Shown here: positions 27,183 to 40,125 of the stretch, one piece after another
Layout: every line of letters begins with the position of its first letter
Numbering within the stretch: position 1 is the stretch's first letter
NCBI GenBank assembly: GCA_964016885.1
Contig: OZ024740.1
Coordinates: 234,298,001-234,362,000, forward strand
Direction of reading: 5' to 3'
DNA length: 64,000 nt
Origin: Eledone cirrhosa
Lineage: Eukaryota
Notes under the pieces: generated by a model
What the model saw: the letters and a program-made list of their open reading frames with translations, nothing else
Told to the model about the DNA's origin: nothing
Database searches by the model: none
Translations under genes and position numbers: made by a program

Positions 27183-28544
27183 ATAGGGTTGTGTCCCATA
27201 GAGAGGTTCCATAGGGATTCCATGTTAACATTGTTTTTGTTTCTCACACTCACCAGTCTCCAATGAAGTTGTGCCTCAGATTGTTTCTTGTGTGTCTTAA
27301 TGATAGGGATGCCGGTCCTATTTTTTTCCGGTGAAAGTAGACGGGATTTGAACTCAAATCGCACAGTGCTAAAACACATACCTCAAGATATCCCATCCGA
27401 TGATCGCACAGTGCTGAAACATATACCTCAACACATCTCAACTGATGTTCTAACAATTCTGCTAATCTATTGCATTGGACTGATACTTTATTTTATCAAC
27501 CTCGACATGATGAAATGTAAAGTTGACCTCGGCAAGATTTGAACTCAAAGCGTAAATATTCGGAACCAGTGGTTCTCAACCGGGATTCAAATGGACTCCC
27601 TGGGGTCCACATAAGAATTTTGGAGGTTCACACAAAAGAAATAGCAAATTGGGGGTCCACAGTAATATTTTAGGTGTCCATGACAAAATGTTGCTTTCAA
27701 AGAAAATATTTTATGCTTTAGAGAAAGAAAACAAATGTTTAAAAGATCAAATAAGACATTTATCCTAAGAAGTCGGACAAAAAAAATTCCTGTTAATTAA
27801 TTGTTTCTACTTTTGGCACAAGGCCAGCAATTACCCAGTGTATTACTGGTACTTTATTTTATCGACTGTTAATTAATAAAAATAAAAATAAATGATACTT
27901 GACAAAAGTATTAAAAATCAGAATCAGAATCAGTTGTGATGGGTGTAAATATATATATATATATATATATAATATATATATATATATGAATAAAGTTAGT
28001 CCTTCATCAGTGATCTTCCAACCTTCATTGGTATTTCATCGCTTTAAAGACCATATACCTCCGGTTGGTGCGAGCAATGGCTAAAGAAAGTCGTTGGGAC
28101 ACGTAAATAAGGGGAACGAGCGAGACTGTAAACAAACAAAGATGGTAAAGCAACGAATATATATATATATATATACGGGATAACAGATTATTGTTATAGG
28201 TAGTCAGTCCACTTAGGTGTAGTCCAGTTAGGGTACTCCGAGTAGTGGATTGTATCAACGCTTGGCTGAGTTTGACTCAACAAGGCGTTTCCATAGTGGA
28301 GCTGCGAGTACGCGGTGATTTCTATGTTGTTTACACTTGGAGTAATGATAAATAAAGAAAGAAGAGTGACACGGTTTGCTATACAAAAAAGGTTTAGACC
28401 TACCAGTTCAGAGAAACAATTGTCAGCAAAGTGATTAAAAACCTTTTTTGTATAGTAAACCGTGTCACTCTTCATTCTTGATTTATATATATATATATTT
28501 GTTTTGCGAGGTTTTTGATATGAAATCGTTTGTCGAAGCAAATA

Positions 28545-29238
28545 TTATTATACTTGGGGAGGGTCATATTGTTGTAATAATATTGCCAGAATTAATAACA
28601 GAACACACTCACTGTTTGGTTGGTTTTCGCTTCTGTATCTTTTATATCAGTTAATTCATTCGGTCCTCAATGTTTACCATTGACTGACCAACGGTCAAAA
28701 ATACAGATATAATATAGATATAAACACATATATATAGTCTAACAAAGTTCTTTCGTTGCACATCTGCAATATCGTCAGTGGTGCTATTGTGTTCCTTCTG
28801 TTGTATTATATATTTACGTCATCTTTATTTAATCTGTTTATTTATTTATTTTTGTATTCTTCTTTGCGCATGCGTTTGCGTGTGTGGATAGTGTTTGGTG
28901 TGTGTTCGCGTTTGGGTGACTGGGTTTGGTTATTGTATTCTATCTTAGTTTACTAGTGTGTGCTTATATGTGTTTGTTGTTATTGTGCTTGTGTATATAT
29001 ATATTTATTTATTTATTTATTTATATTTATATTTATTTATATTTATATTTATTTATATTTATATTTATTTATATTTATATTTATTTATATTTCTCTTAGG
29101 TCAGTCAATGGTAAACATTGAGGACCGAATGAATTAACTGATATAAAAGATACAGAAGAGAAAACCAATCAAACAGTGAGTGTGTTCTGTTATTAATTCT
29201 GGCAATATTATTACAACAATATGACCCTCCCCAAGTAT

Positions 29239-29245
<7 letters not shown>
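28545..29245 (-). mobile_element. Penelope-like terminal fragment with ~145-bp inverted terminal duplication
   Basis: 28549-28689 is the reverse complement of 29099-29240. Same family as 17835-18215 and 54580-55450. Confidence 0.75.
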
Positions 29246-29308
<63 letters not shown>

Positions 29309-29443
29309 CATAAACATTCATACACACACACAGACAGACACATATATACATGATGGCTGCCCCCTCGTTATCGAGTATGACAAATGCACGATGAAAAAAA
29401 AAATAAATAAAAAAAAAAATACACACACACACACACACACACA

Positions 29444-29528
<85 letters not shown>

Positions 29529-29534
29529 TAATAA

Positions 29535-30520
29535 TTAACGGTGCTGTGATCGATGTGGCCCCTTAGCCCAGCCAATGATCTAAAATATCTTGCACAGAGT
29601 TGGCAACAATGATAAACATTCACTGGCAATATCCAGCTCTGGGCGGTCGTCATGTACTTTTGCATGTCGTTTGAGCCCTCCTGCTGATCTACACTCTTTT
29701 CCATGTGCTTGACAGTAATGATGAGTAGCATCTCCAACAACAGCATGGTAGTAAAACACTGGTCTCAATTTATGACTGCGAAGGTGACTTATAAGTACAG
29801 CTTTGCTGAGGCAGGGTCTTGCACAAACGCTGCCTGTCAGCGACATAGAAGGACCTTTGCTGTCTGGAAATGTAACAGCAATGCCTTTGCTGAAATCCCT
29901 TTTTACTTTCACCTATGCAATTCGAGATGCTTCAAAAGCAACTTTCCCCTCATGTACAATCTTTCTCCATTTACTACGATCAGCAGCTACGCTTTCCCAT
30001 GTATCAGCAGAGATGTTAGCGTCTTTCAAGGAGGCTTTCAATGAATCCTTGTACCTTATGGGGGGTTATATGGAGGGTGTTTTCCTTTAACTAACTCTCC
30101 ATAAAAGAGTTGTTTTGATATCCTAGAATCCCCCATCCTGGCAAGGTGACTACTCCATCGGAGTCTTTGCTTAAGCTCAAGACCTTCTATGCTTTCACAC
30201 AGAGGGTTTTCCAAAATCTCGACATCACAAATGTGGTCCCTCTAGTGAATGCCTTGGATCCGTCTAAGACACATCTGATGGAAACATTCCAACTGTTTAA
30301 AGTGGTGTCGGTATGTGACCCAGGTCTCGCAGGCATAAAGAAGAGATGAGAGCACATATGTCTTGTACACCTTTACCTTTGTCTAGCCGACCCCAGAAGC
30401 GCCTTTCTAGTTTTCCGAAAGCATCACTAGCTTTCCTAATCCTGTGTCGAATTTCATTATCAAGATTGCTTGCTGTATCAATGGAGAGTGCTTCCCAGGT
30501 AGACAAACTGATCAATCACT
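29535..30520 (-). mobile_element. RTE-BovB-like LINE 3' fragment, decayed
   Basis: LDNEIRHRIRKASDAFGKLERRFW..KVKVY..LLYACETW..QRLRWSSHLARMGDSRISKQLFYGEL. C-terminal C2H2-like motifs CRSAGGLKRH and CQLCARYFRSLAGLRGH. Confidence 0.85.
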
Positions 30521-31228
30521 CAAAGTCGTTTACCATACACATAGATATTTGGTTCATTGTACTGCTTACCAAGAGCAGGTTGGTACATGACAACGGTTTT
30601 CTTGAGAGGGCAGTGAAAGCATCAGAAAATGCATTCAAAAGATGTTGCATATCAATCTCTGTGTGCGGAAACAAAATTAAACGAAAAACAAATTTTCAAG
30701 GGGGAACCATAACAAATTATTTTTTTTAAATAAAAAAACAACCGAAGGACACAGAATTCCATGGTCATCGGGTGTGGAGATGGATTTTGGCAGTTTCGAC
30801 CCCTACCAACAGTACTACTGGTCCACCCGGGGCACAGCGTCTGATATAAGCCAAACGCTGTCCATTAGAGTAAAAGACGAGAGACAAAACATTAATATTA
30901 AGTACACAGAATTTTATGTCACGTCAGGGAAAAAGTGTGGTGCCTTTTATTGCACGAGAGTCCTGAATGAAAAAAAAAGAGAAAAAAAGGAAGAAAAAAG
31001 CAAGAAGAAGAAAGTAAGATATCGTGTTAAAAATGTGTAAGCCATTGCAATAAATGGGGAGAGAAGGGATAACACGTTCGTCACATTAGTATTGATAAAC
31101 GTAAGAAAAATAAGAAAGATAGGACAAGACAACGAGAGTTGGTAGAAAGAAACTCCCTATTTAAAATTACACTTTATTAATTATTGGTCGATTTTCATAA
31201 AACATGTTTTATTTCTAAAAGTATAGCA

Positions 31229-31447
31229 GGGCGGTGGATTGGCAGTATCGGTAGAGCATCAGATACCATGCTTTGCAGCATGGAGTTATGACCCTTAGCG
31301 TTCTGAGTTCAAATACCGCCGAGGTTAACTTTGCCTTTCATCATTAGGGGGTCGATAAAATAAAGTACCAGTCACGCACTAGGGTCGATTTAATCGACTT
31401 TCCCCTCCCCCAAAATTACTGGCCTTGTACCTATATAAGAAACCATT
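31229..31447 (+). mobile_element. Family B SINE with long flanking direct repeat
   Basis: ATTAATTATTGGTCGATTTTCATAAAACAT occurs at ~31176-31205 and ~31445-31474. Confidence 0.8.
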
Positions 31448-31544
31448 AATTATTGGTCGATTTTCATAAAACATCATTTATTTTTAAATCATCAGTAATG
31501 TACTGGGATAATTGCTGACCTTGTGCTAAAAGTAGAAACAATTT

Positions 31545-31982
31545 TAAAAAGTATAATGGTAGGCGTACTGTATAGTGTTAAAATTTTAAATAGGACCAGC
31601 GTTGTACACCAATGTTTGTAATCGTCTGGGTTTATCCTCGACTGACTTTATTAGGAACTCGTGTGGTATGTTGGTCAGTGCATGACAAATGCCTGCCTCT
31701 AATTGAGTCTGAGGTTTTGTATTTGAGATATAAACTTCTTTGTTTGGCCACCCCAACAAGAAAAAATCGCGTTAAGTCGGGGCTTCTTGCTGGTCATTCA
31801 TGTGAATCTCAACTTCCCAGCCAACATCCTGAAAATCGGACATCAAGCCACTCACAAACAGTGCGTGCAAAATGAGGAGGGGTCCCATCTTGTATAGTCA
31901 TTGATGTCCCAAGGTGGTCACTGTAGCCCAAAGGCTAAAAGGAATTTTCAATAGGGAGTTTCTCTTCACCCATCCCGTATAT
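31545..31982 (-). mobile_element. Tc1/mariner transposase remnant
   Basis: The minus strand contains a QDGTPPHF (QQDGAPPH-like) motif followed by W..RSPDLT-like sequence. A terminal TA-CGGGATGGGT resembles a Tc1 TIR. Confidence 0.55.
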
Positions 31983-32026
31983 ACACACTCACACACACAC
32001 ATATACATACACACACTCACTCCCAC

Positions 32027-32154
<128 letters not shown>

Positions 32155-32408
32155 CATACATACAGATAGATAGATAAATTTCTATTTATTTGCCACGAGG
32201 GCACAAAAGAAGGGGACATTTACACAGTGGGGGAGTTTACATAAATCGAGTAAAGAAAAAAGGAATAACAATAATAATATAACAATAAAAAGTCCTCAAA
32301 AGGGAGGGGGCGTGTTGGGGATTGCACATACCCCCGAAAAGTGTGCAACTCTTTTCGCGGGGGAAGCCCAGAGAGGAGGCGCTCCCCCTTTCCTCTTCAC
32401 TTCTTCAC

Positions 32409-35400
32409 CTACAGAACAATGTAGAGAGAAGGACCATTTACACGGGCCATTCTCGCTTCTTTCACCCACCTTTCATAAAACTGTCTGGGACCAAGCACTT
32501 CTCTCTCCATCCTGATCCTTCTTCCGAAGTGGTATCGGAAGAAGTAAACCAGGTGATGGCCGGAGAGAAAGTCACCCGACCTCAGACCTTTCAGGCGCGT
32601 CCACCACACAACCTCTTTCATCATGGCTATTACGCACAGAAAGACCGCCTCTGCTTCATTTCTGAAGGGAGGAGGCGGCTTGATGTTCACCACAGACTCG
32701 GCGGTTAATCGAATCGGCGCCACACGCGACAGCAGTCGTTCGACGTAGCCCCACAGATCGGCAACGCCCGGGCAGTGTACCAGTGCATGCGCAACGGTTT
32801 CCTCGTCGCGCACGCATCTGGGACAGATCTTTTTCGCGGGATCCCTGTAGAGCTTTTCTCGAACGGGCAGAGCCCCCCGGTAACACTGCCAGGCTAGGGA
32901 CCTCTGGAAGTTGTCCATGGGTCCCGGGCCGAAAGTTCTACCGAACAGGCTGGCCAGTTCGTCCTCCTCCATGCCTAGCGACTCTCCAAGGGTGTCGTCG
33001 CCCCTGCTAGCCACCAACCCTCTATAGAATGTCGAGGTGGATTCTCCACTGACAGTCGGGTCCGCTTGCCAGATAGCCGTGAGCGCCTGGGCACACTCGG
33101 TGTGCCAGTTGCCCAGTTTTCTCGGTCTTTGCTTCACCCAGGATTGCAGTTCGGTGAGAGAGACGAGCTGTGGGAAGGCTCGCCTCACAAACGGGGCCCA
33201 CACCGGCTGACCGTTGAGGAATACCTGTAGATGCCGTAGCCTCAATGCGTGCCTACGCATCAACAGCCACGGCATACCCAGCCCTCCTTTCGAAGGGTGC
33301 TGGCAGCAGATGGATCTCCTCACCATGGGAGGCCGCTTCTTCCAGAGGAACTGGAAGAGCATGCGTTCCATGATGGTGAGCTTTTCCTTGGGGCAAGGCA
33401 CGACGGTCAGGCGGTAGTAGATGACGGACGCTATGTAAGCGTTCGTCACCTCCGCCCGACCTTTCAGTGATAGTTTGCACTTGGCCCACTTCTGGGTCAG
33501 CGCAAACACCCTGCTCGTCACCTCGCCCCAATTCTTCTCCACCTGGAGGTCCGGTCCGAACCAGACCCCGAGCAGCTTCACCGGGCCCTCCGTCCACCGC
33601 CCGACGACACCGTCTAACGGCATCGGTTTGCCCCTCCACGTTCCGAGTTGCAAACCGACTGACTTGTCCTGGTTCAGCCTAGCCCCCGTCAGCCTTTCGT
33701 ATTCCTCCAGTAGGGTGGCGATCGCCCCGATTTCCGAGGCGTCCGCCACCATTACTGTTACGTCGTCGGCATAGGCCGAGACCGCTTTGTGCAATCCCGG
33801 TTCCAGGGGTATGCCCCGCAGCAACTCCAACTTCCGCAGCAGTGGCTCGAGAGTCAATACGTACAGAAGGGAGGAGAGGGGGCACCCCTGTCTGATGGAT
33901 CGGGTGATTTGAAACGGCTCCGAGAGGTAGCCGTTTACTTTAATCCTAGAGTAGATGTTGCCACTGTGCATGGCAGAAATCCAGCCCCTGAAAACGGGTC
34001 CGAAGCCCGCCGCCGCTAGCACCGCATCCAGGTAACCATGGTCGACCCTATCGAACGCCTTAGATTGATCCAAGTTGATCAGGGCCCCACCAAAGCCGGG
34101 TTCGTTGCCAACCCTCTCTATGATGTATCGCATGAGGTGGAGGTTGTCGTGAATGGACCTGGACGGGATAGCGCATGTCTGCGCGTCTCCCACCAAACCA
34201 CCCACCACAAGCGCCAACCTCTTCGCCAACACCTTGGCCAAAATATGTAACTCTGCATTCAGCAGAGTTATGGGCCTAAAGTTACTGAAGTCGTCCCCCT
34301 TGCTCTCGTCCTTCCTCACTAGCGTGACCACGCCCTTGGTCACAGAACAGGGAATTCTCCCGTTCTGTTGCCAGTTGCAATAGACAGCCTCGAGGAGTTC
34401 GGAGAACAAGACCGGCATAGCTAAATAAAATTCGTATGGTAGACCATCGAGACCCGGGGATTTGCGTCTGCTGCATTGGCTGAGCGCTTCCCCGATTTCA
34501 GTGGCTATGATTGGCCTTTCGCAGCACTCCGCTTCGCCGCTCGAAAGACGCGGTAGACCGTCGAGGTATGGACCGAAGTCCACATCCCCGTCCGGCCCCC
34601 CGCCCCCTCCGAACAGTCGAGCAAAGTGCCTTTGAAAGGCCTCGCACATCCGCTCAGGTTCAAGGATCACCCGTCCATCCTGGTCTCGCAAAGACCGAAT
34701 GGTGGATTTAATCCCACTCTTGGCTTCTGTCACGCGGGCCCAGCTAACAGCTTTGGTCCCCTCGTTTCCTAAAGCACGTATTTTACTTCGGACAACGCAG
34801 CCTTCGTGCTTCGCGTCAAAGAACTGGCTCAACGCCGTTCTCGCCGCTAACACTCTGGCTACGTCTCTGCTCCTAATCGCCTCTTCTAGTTTATCTGTTA
34901 ACTCCCTTTCCTTCCTATTTCTATTCGCCGCTAGTTCCTTACTGTAACCTATCGAACTTACTCTAATCTCTCTCTTTAGAGATACCCACCACCTACTGTT
35001 GACGATCGCTCCCGTCAACCGCATCTTAACTAAGCTACTAATCCGGTTCCTGTAATCTTTCTTTGCCGGCAAGGACAAGTTCATCTTCCAGTAACCGGGA
35101 CCCTGTCTATGCGTTCTATCAAGGTTGACCACGCAGGTCACTAATTTGTGATCTGAATAGCCAACCATGATCAATTCTGGACAACTAAATACGTCCCTAT
35201 CCTTACTCCTAACCAAAAACCTATCTAGGTACGATCTAGATTGTCCACTGCTGTTTGCCCAGGTCCAGGTTGGCGCAGTTGGACAATCTAGTCGAAATCT
35301 ATCGACCAGGTCGAATCGATCGAGTAACCCCTTGAGGCTGCTACACCCCCCTCTATCGGGACATGCCCCTGCATAGTCCCAACGCGCATCTAGGATTCCA

Positions 35401-35822
35401 TTCCATTCCCCCACTAAAAGCAGGGAACGCGACGTTCCTAGAAAAGTCTCCAGACGCTGGAAGAAGTCGGCTCTTTCCGCCCCGAAGGGGGCATAAAGAC
35501 CGACCAGTCTGAAAGCCCCGCCTTCACCGCCTCCGACGTCCAGCACCAGTAATCGACCCCCCGGGTCCGAGGGAACAATCTGTACGTCGAGAGCCAGACG
35601 TTTATCCAGCAGTACGGCAACCCCCCCCCCCCCGCCTCCGGGTTGACAGAGAGATGCGTGCATCTTAAAGTCATCGAAGGCGGGCGCCAGCTGTCTCACG
35701 CTGCTGATCCGACTCTCGCAAACAACCATCACATCTATACTTTGTGACCTGAGGTCATTTAGAAGCTTTGCTTGCTTCCAAGCTGAGCCCAGGCCACGCG
35801 CGTTCAAACAGCCAACTCTCAA
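32409..35822 (-). CDS. LINE ORF2 protein: APE endonuclease + reverse transcriptase + C-terminal Cys/His motif (1137 aa, uninterrupted)
   Basis: LNARG, ESR, YAP, GEWN, YLDRF and SDH (endonuclease). KSPGLDG, FRPITLLN, LDQSKAFDRVDH, RQGCPLS and YADD (RT). CPRC..ETVAHALVHC. The start codon in the track is TTG, not ATG. Confidence 0.95.
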   Translation of the reverse strand: MRVGCLNARGLGSAWKQAKLLNDLRSQSIDVMVVCESRISSVRQLAPAFDDFKMHASLCQPGGGGGGVAVLLDKRLALDVQIVPSDPGGRLLVLDVGGGEGGAFRLVGLYAPFGAERADFFQRLETFLGTSRSLLLVGEWNGILDARWDYAGACPDRGGCSSLKGLLDRFDLVDRFRLDCPTAPTWTWANSSGQSRSYLDRFLVRSKDRDVFSCPELIMVGYSDHKLVTCVVNLDRTHRQGPGYWKMNLSLPAKKDYRNRISSLVKMRLTGAIVNSRWWVSLKREIRVSSIGYSKELAANRNRKERELTDKLEEAIRSRDVARVLAARTALSQFFDAKHEGCVVRSKIRALGNEGTKAVSWARVTEAKSGIKSTIRSLRDQDGRVILEPERMCEAFQRHFARLFGGGGGPDGDVDFGPYLDGLPRLSSGEAECCERPIIATEIGEALSQCSRRKSPGLDGLPYEFYLAMPVLFSELLEAVYCNWQQNGRIPCSVTKGVVTLVRKDESKGDDFSNFRPITLLNAELHILAKVLAKRLALVVGGLVGDAQTCAIPSRSIHDNLHLMRYIIERVGNEPGFGGALINLDQSKAFDRVDHGYLDAVLAAAGFGPVFRGWISAMHSGNIYSRIKVNGYLSEPFQITRSIRQGCPLSSLLYVLTLEPLLRKLELLRGIPLEPGLHKAVSAYADDVTVMVADASEIGAIATLLEEYERLTGARLNQDKSVGLQLGTWRGKPMPLDGVVGRWTEGPVKLLGVWFGPDLQVEKNWGEVTSRVFALTQKWAKCKLSLKGRAEVTNAYIASVIYYRLTVVPCPKEKLTIMERMLFQFLWKKRPPMVRRSICCQHPSKGGLGMPWLLMRRHALRLRHLQVFLNGQPVWAPFVRRAFPQLVSLTELQSWVKQRPRKLGNWHTECAQALTAIWQADPTVSGESTSTFYRGLVASRGDDTLGESLGMEEDELASLFGRTFGPGPMDNFQRSLAWQCYRGALPVREKLYRDPAKKICPRCVRDEETVAHALVHCPGVADLWGYVERLLSRVAPIRLTAESVVNIKPPPPFRNEAEAVFLCVIAMMKEVVWWTRLKGLRSGDFLSGHHLVYFFRYHFGRRIRMEREVLGPRQFYERWVKEARMARVNGPSLYIVL

Positions 35823-35827
35823 TTGAT

Positions 35828-37659
35828 CTATTTTGGTGTTGAAAGTGAAGAAAGAAAAGCACCTACCTCTCCGGGTTGTGTAATTTCCATGGCATCAGGT
35901 GTGTTGGGTGGAGGGATGTTTTGTGGTGGTGTGGAGGTATCCGTGTGTGGTGGGGTTGGGGTATTTGGAGTTGTGTCAGGGAGAGGGGCGGTTATGGGGA
36001 AATCTTTCAAGAGGACGCGATTTAACGGTTTTAAACAGGGGGGCTCACGTCCCGTCTAAATTGTTCTTTTAAGGAACGATAAAGGTCCAGAGGGACCTTT
36101 ATCATTTTTAAATGGGTGAAGTTCTCTGTTGAGATAAAGTTTGGCCCTTCGGTCTGCACCATAGGGTTATTGTTTATTAATTTAACCAGTTTTTTGTTTT
36201 CTTTATTTATATATGTGTATTGCAACGTCTTTTTTTGTGATGCTGTCAATGTTTCGGAGAGGGGAGGCGCAGATTTATTTTTGTTTGTTGAGGGTGGGGT
36301 GTTTTTGATTGAAGTTGGTGTTTGTGTGTGAGTTATTTGTGGTGTGCTGGGTGTGTGTTTTCTTTTTTTTCTTTTAACTTGTCTGAAGGCTTCTCCTCCT
36401 TCTTCTTCAGAAGTTGGGGGAAACTCTTCAGCGCTAGGTGGGAGGGACGTGTTGTGTGGTTGTTTTTTTTTTGCGGGAGGGGTAGATTTGTTACTGTTTT
36501 TTTTATTATTTGTTTGGAATGGGTTTTGTGGTGGTGGTGGTGGTGGTAATGTTTGTGTCGTGCTTGTGGTTGGTGATGGTGATGTTTGTATTGTGGTTGG
36601 TGGTGGTGATTTTTGTGTCGTGCTTGTGTTTGGTGCTGGTGGTGGTGATGTTTGTGTTGTGTTTGTGGTTGGTGGTGTCTGTATTTTGTTTGCTGTGTGT
36701 GGTATTAGTGTATTTTTGGAGGTGGGTGGTGTTGGTGTACTGTTTGTGGTGGGTGTGGGCAATAGTCTTTTTTGGGGGATACGTTTCGGGCAGTTATCCT
36801 TAACGTGTCCCCTTTCCATGCATAAATAGCATGCTGGTCTTCTCCCCTCTACAATTATGTCTATTGGGGTAAGGTCATCCAGCCAGATGCGATCCGGGAT
36901 TTGTGCTATTCTTTCGGGCCTCATTTGGACTAGTATGTCGAGGCCCATTCCCAGGAACGCATCTCCAGTTGCCTTCCCCATTGACAGCATTATGTCTTCG
37001 CCCATGTCTATGAAGCCAGCAATAGCCCACCAGAAGTCCATTGTGGGCAGCATTGTTTTTACTTTTACTCTCTGTGTTCTTCTACCCATGTAGGAGGGCT
37101 AGAAGCTGTATGTTGTCGATGAGAGTGGGCTTAGGGAAAGCTTCTCCGCCGTTTCCTTGTCTTTTGTTAAGACCGAAATGCTGCCATAGAGTCGGTCCTT
37201 TCGTATGAAGAGAATATTCTTCATATAGTCTTTTAGGACCAACTCTATTTCCATTTGGCTGGGCTGTGCTGGCTTTCTTGTCTGGTTCAGTATAGTTCTG
37301 AAGAGAACTGTGTTCTCTGTTCTTTCTTTCTTGAATTCTGGGGGGGAGTTAATGGAAAACATTCCGTTCTCCCCCAAAACAATGTGTTTCTTTGCTTCGG
37401 CCAGTTTTTCTCTGGCGGAAGTTAGGTCAATTGGTGTGTATGTAATGGATTGTTTTGTTTTCTGGGCGAAAGTTGCCCTGTTGTTATTTGTATTATTTTC
37501 TGTTTGTTTGTTTTCCGTTTGCTCATTTTCCTTAACATTTGTTTTTTCATTTTCTTTGTTTGTTTCATTGTCTAATTTTGTTGTAATTATTTTTTGTTCT
37601 TCAGACTTGGGGGGCGTGGCAGAGCTAATGGCAGACATGTCTGCCATCTTTTCCGCCAT
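35828..37659 (-). pseudogene. LINE ORF1 (gag-like, CCHC zinc knuckle, Pro/Thr-rich tail) with one in-frame stop and one frameshift
   Basis: Track ORFs 37099-37686 and 36031-37089 are in the same frame, separated by a single TAG at 37099-37101. CYLCMERGHVKDNC knuckle. A frameshift in the G/C run near 36040 continues into 35828-36010. Confidence 0.85.
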
Positions 37660-38832
37660 GCTGCCAAGAAAGAAATTTTTCGGCAAAAATAGATATTTAT
37701 TTTACCCCCTAAAAGGGGGTAAATGCAAAAATGTTTCCCTAAATAACAGGGGTTAGTGTTCCAAATGTGTTGCACTGAAAAATTTATCCGGTACTTACAA
37801 TAGTAAGGGTAAATCCCGATGGAATAGCGGAGCCGATGTGAAACGTGTCTTACTCTATCAAGATAGATAGATAGATAGACAGATAGATATAGATATAGAT
37901 ATATTTCTCTGGCACGTTTGTCAAGCAATATTTTAATATCTTATCTTCCAATATTCCTAATTCTTTTTTCTTTCTATCTATTTCTCCACCTGTGAACACA
38001 ATTGTTCACTTCACTTAAAGACGCAACAAGCCATTCACCAGCCAACCCTCCACCATCTCTGAGATTTTTTTTTTTATTCATATTTATGTTTGGCATGATA
38101 GTTTCTGGCACATGTGAATGTCCTTCGTCCTTGATCACATACTATGTCACTGCTAACGTCAACCAGGTTGGTTTAGCAATATCTCCAGCCACGCTTTACT
38201 GCTTCCAAAATCAACGAGTAGATATATATAAAAGGCCACCAATCTCCACTCACAACGCGCCAATTAAATTCCACCATACGTCATTTATACGCATTTTCCC
38301 CATTATAATATAGTTCTGAAATCACATCAACGAGCTTAACAATTTTGGACACGCTGTTTAACGCTATTTAAAGAGTCTATTTGGTATCCACAACTGAACA
38401 CGTTTCTTCATGTTTCTCTCGCCTCCCCCAATACCCACATACACACACACACAAACACGTAGATATACACACACAAGAACACTCACACGCACACGTAGAC
38501 ATACACATACGCAAGAACACTCACATACACACACGTAGACATACACATACGCAATAACACTCTCACACACACGTTGACATACACATACGCAAGAACACTC
38601 ACACATACATACTGCCAAGAAGCCAGAAAGAATTCCAGAATATTTCGTTAAAATTAGTCAACAAATCATCCTGCATACATATTAAGTAATTCTATATACA
38701 CACATACGCGAGCACACACATGCATATATACACACACACGCACACCTACACCCACACACTCACACGCATGCACACTTTCATATAAATATATGTATAGTGT
38801 ATGTGTATATATATATATATAAATATGCCTTT

Positions 38833-38864
<32 letters not shown>

Positions 38865-38894
38865 ATATATAAAATTCATATATATATATATATA

Positions 38895-38977
<83 letters not shown>

Positions 38978-39270
38978 TATAAAGTATGTCCATAGAATCA
39001 TTTGATAACATATATACACCATCTCCTCCCCCAATCAGCATAATCAACCACACAAAAAACCAATTAAACAAGGCTATAAGATTAAAAGGCACCTATGAAG
39101 AAATAATAGATAAATAAACGACAGCCATCTATTTCCAATCAACAGCTATAGAATATTTACCCAGCATTTCAATAGCACGAGGAAATCGATTACATATATC
39201 GTCAACCATACACAATTAGGTATAAAATTAAAGTTAGAAGAAAAAATGTATATACACATACCAAGATTAC

Positions 39271-39352
39271 GTTTCTACCCCATGGAGTTTCATTCGCTTT
39301 TGGAAATATCCGATCAAGGATAGATTCACGAGCTTCGAAATCAACAGGAAAC
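39271..39352 (-). ncRNA. Type I hammerhead ribozyme, core-mutated (CUGUUGA)
   Basis: Stem I GUUUC/GAAAC, core CUGUUGA, stem II UUCG..CGAA with a long insert, GAAA, near-palindromic stem III CUCCAUGGGG, UA. Confidence 0.6.
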
Positions 39353-39447
39353 AAACTCACTTGGACGAAGATTTTTCTTAAATGATTGTTAATTATTTAA
39401 TTAATTAATTAATTCGTCATTGAGCCACATCGTGAATGGTCGCCAAA

Positions 39448-39478
<31 letters not shown>

Positions 39479-39825
39479 GACTTTGTCTAGTTTGTGTATA
39501 TGTAAATCTTTATATATATATATAAAGATTTACATATACACAAACTAGACAAAGTCATAGATATATATATATATGTTTTTGGCGACCATTCACGATGTGG
39601 CTCAATGATATATATATATATATATAAAAGGCATATTTATATATATATATATACACATACACTATACATATATTTATATGAAAGTGTGCATGCGTGTGAG
39701 TGTGTGGGTGTAGGTGTGCGTGTGTGTGTATATATGCATGTGTGTGCTCGCGTTTGTGTGTATATAGAATTACTTAATATGCATGCAGGATGATTTGTTG
39801 ACTAATTTTAACGAAATATTCTGTG

Positions 39826-39906
<81 letters not shown>

Positions 39907-40054
39907 CTATATATATATATATATATATAAGTTATTCTGGGTTCAATCAGGGGTAACCACAGTAAGTAAGTAAGGTACTCAATACATAGCAGCGTATAAA
40001 TGTTTTAATATAGAAAAGCTTCTACAGGACTAGAACTGTAGAAGCTTTTCTATA

Positions 40055-40125
<71 letters not shown>

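Larger units (their letters stand above)
32177..37860 (-). mobile_element. Full-length Tx1/L1-clade non-LTR retrotransposon (~5.7 kb) inserted in a (TATC)n microsatellite
   Basis: It has a 5' UTR, ORF1 with a CCHC knuckle, ORF2 with APE endonuclease and RT, and a 3' UTR with AATAAA. (GATA)n/(TATC)n abuts both ends (32163-32176 and 37861-37900). Confidence 0.93.

Noticed and set aside
27988-28030. CTGATGAAGGAC on the minus strand (also 61160-61205, same family)
   Set aside because: Only the 5' half is present. The GAAA/stem III part is deleted or truncated by (TA)n.
32312-37756. Plus-strand ORFs antisense to the Tx1 element
   Set aside because: They are shadow ORFs of GC-rich coding sequence.
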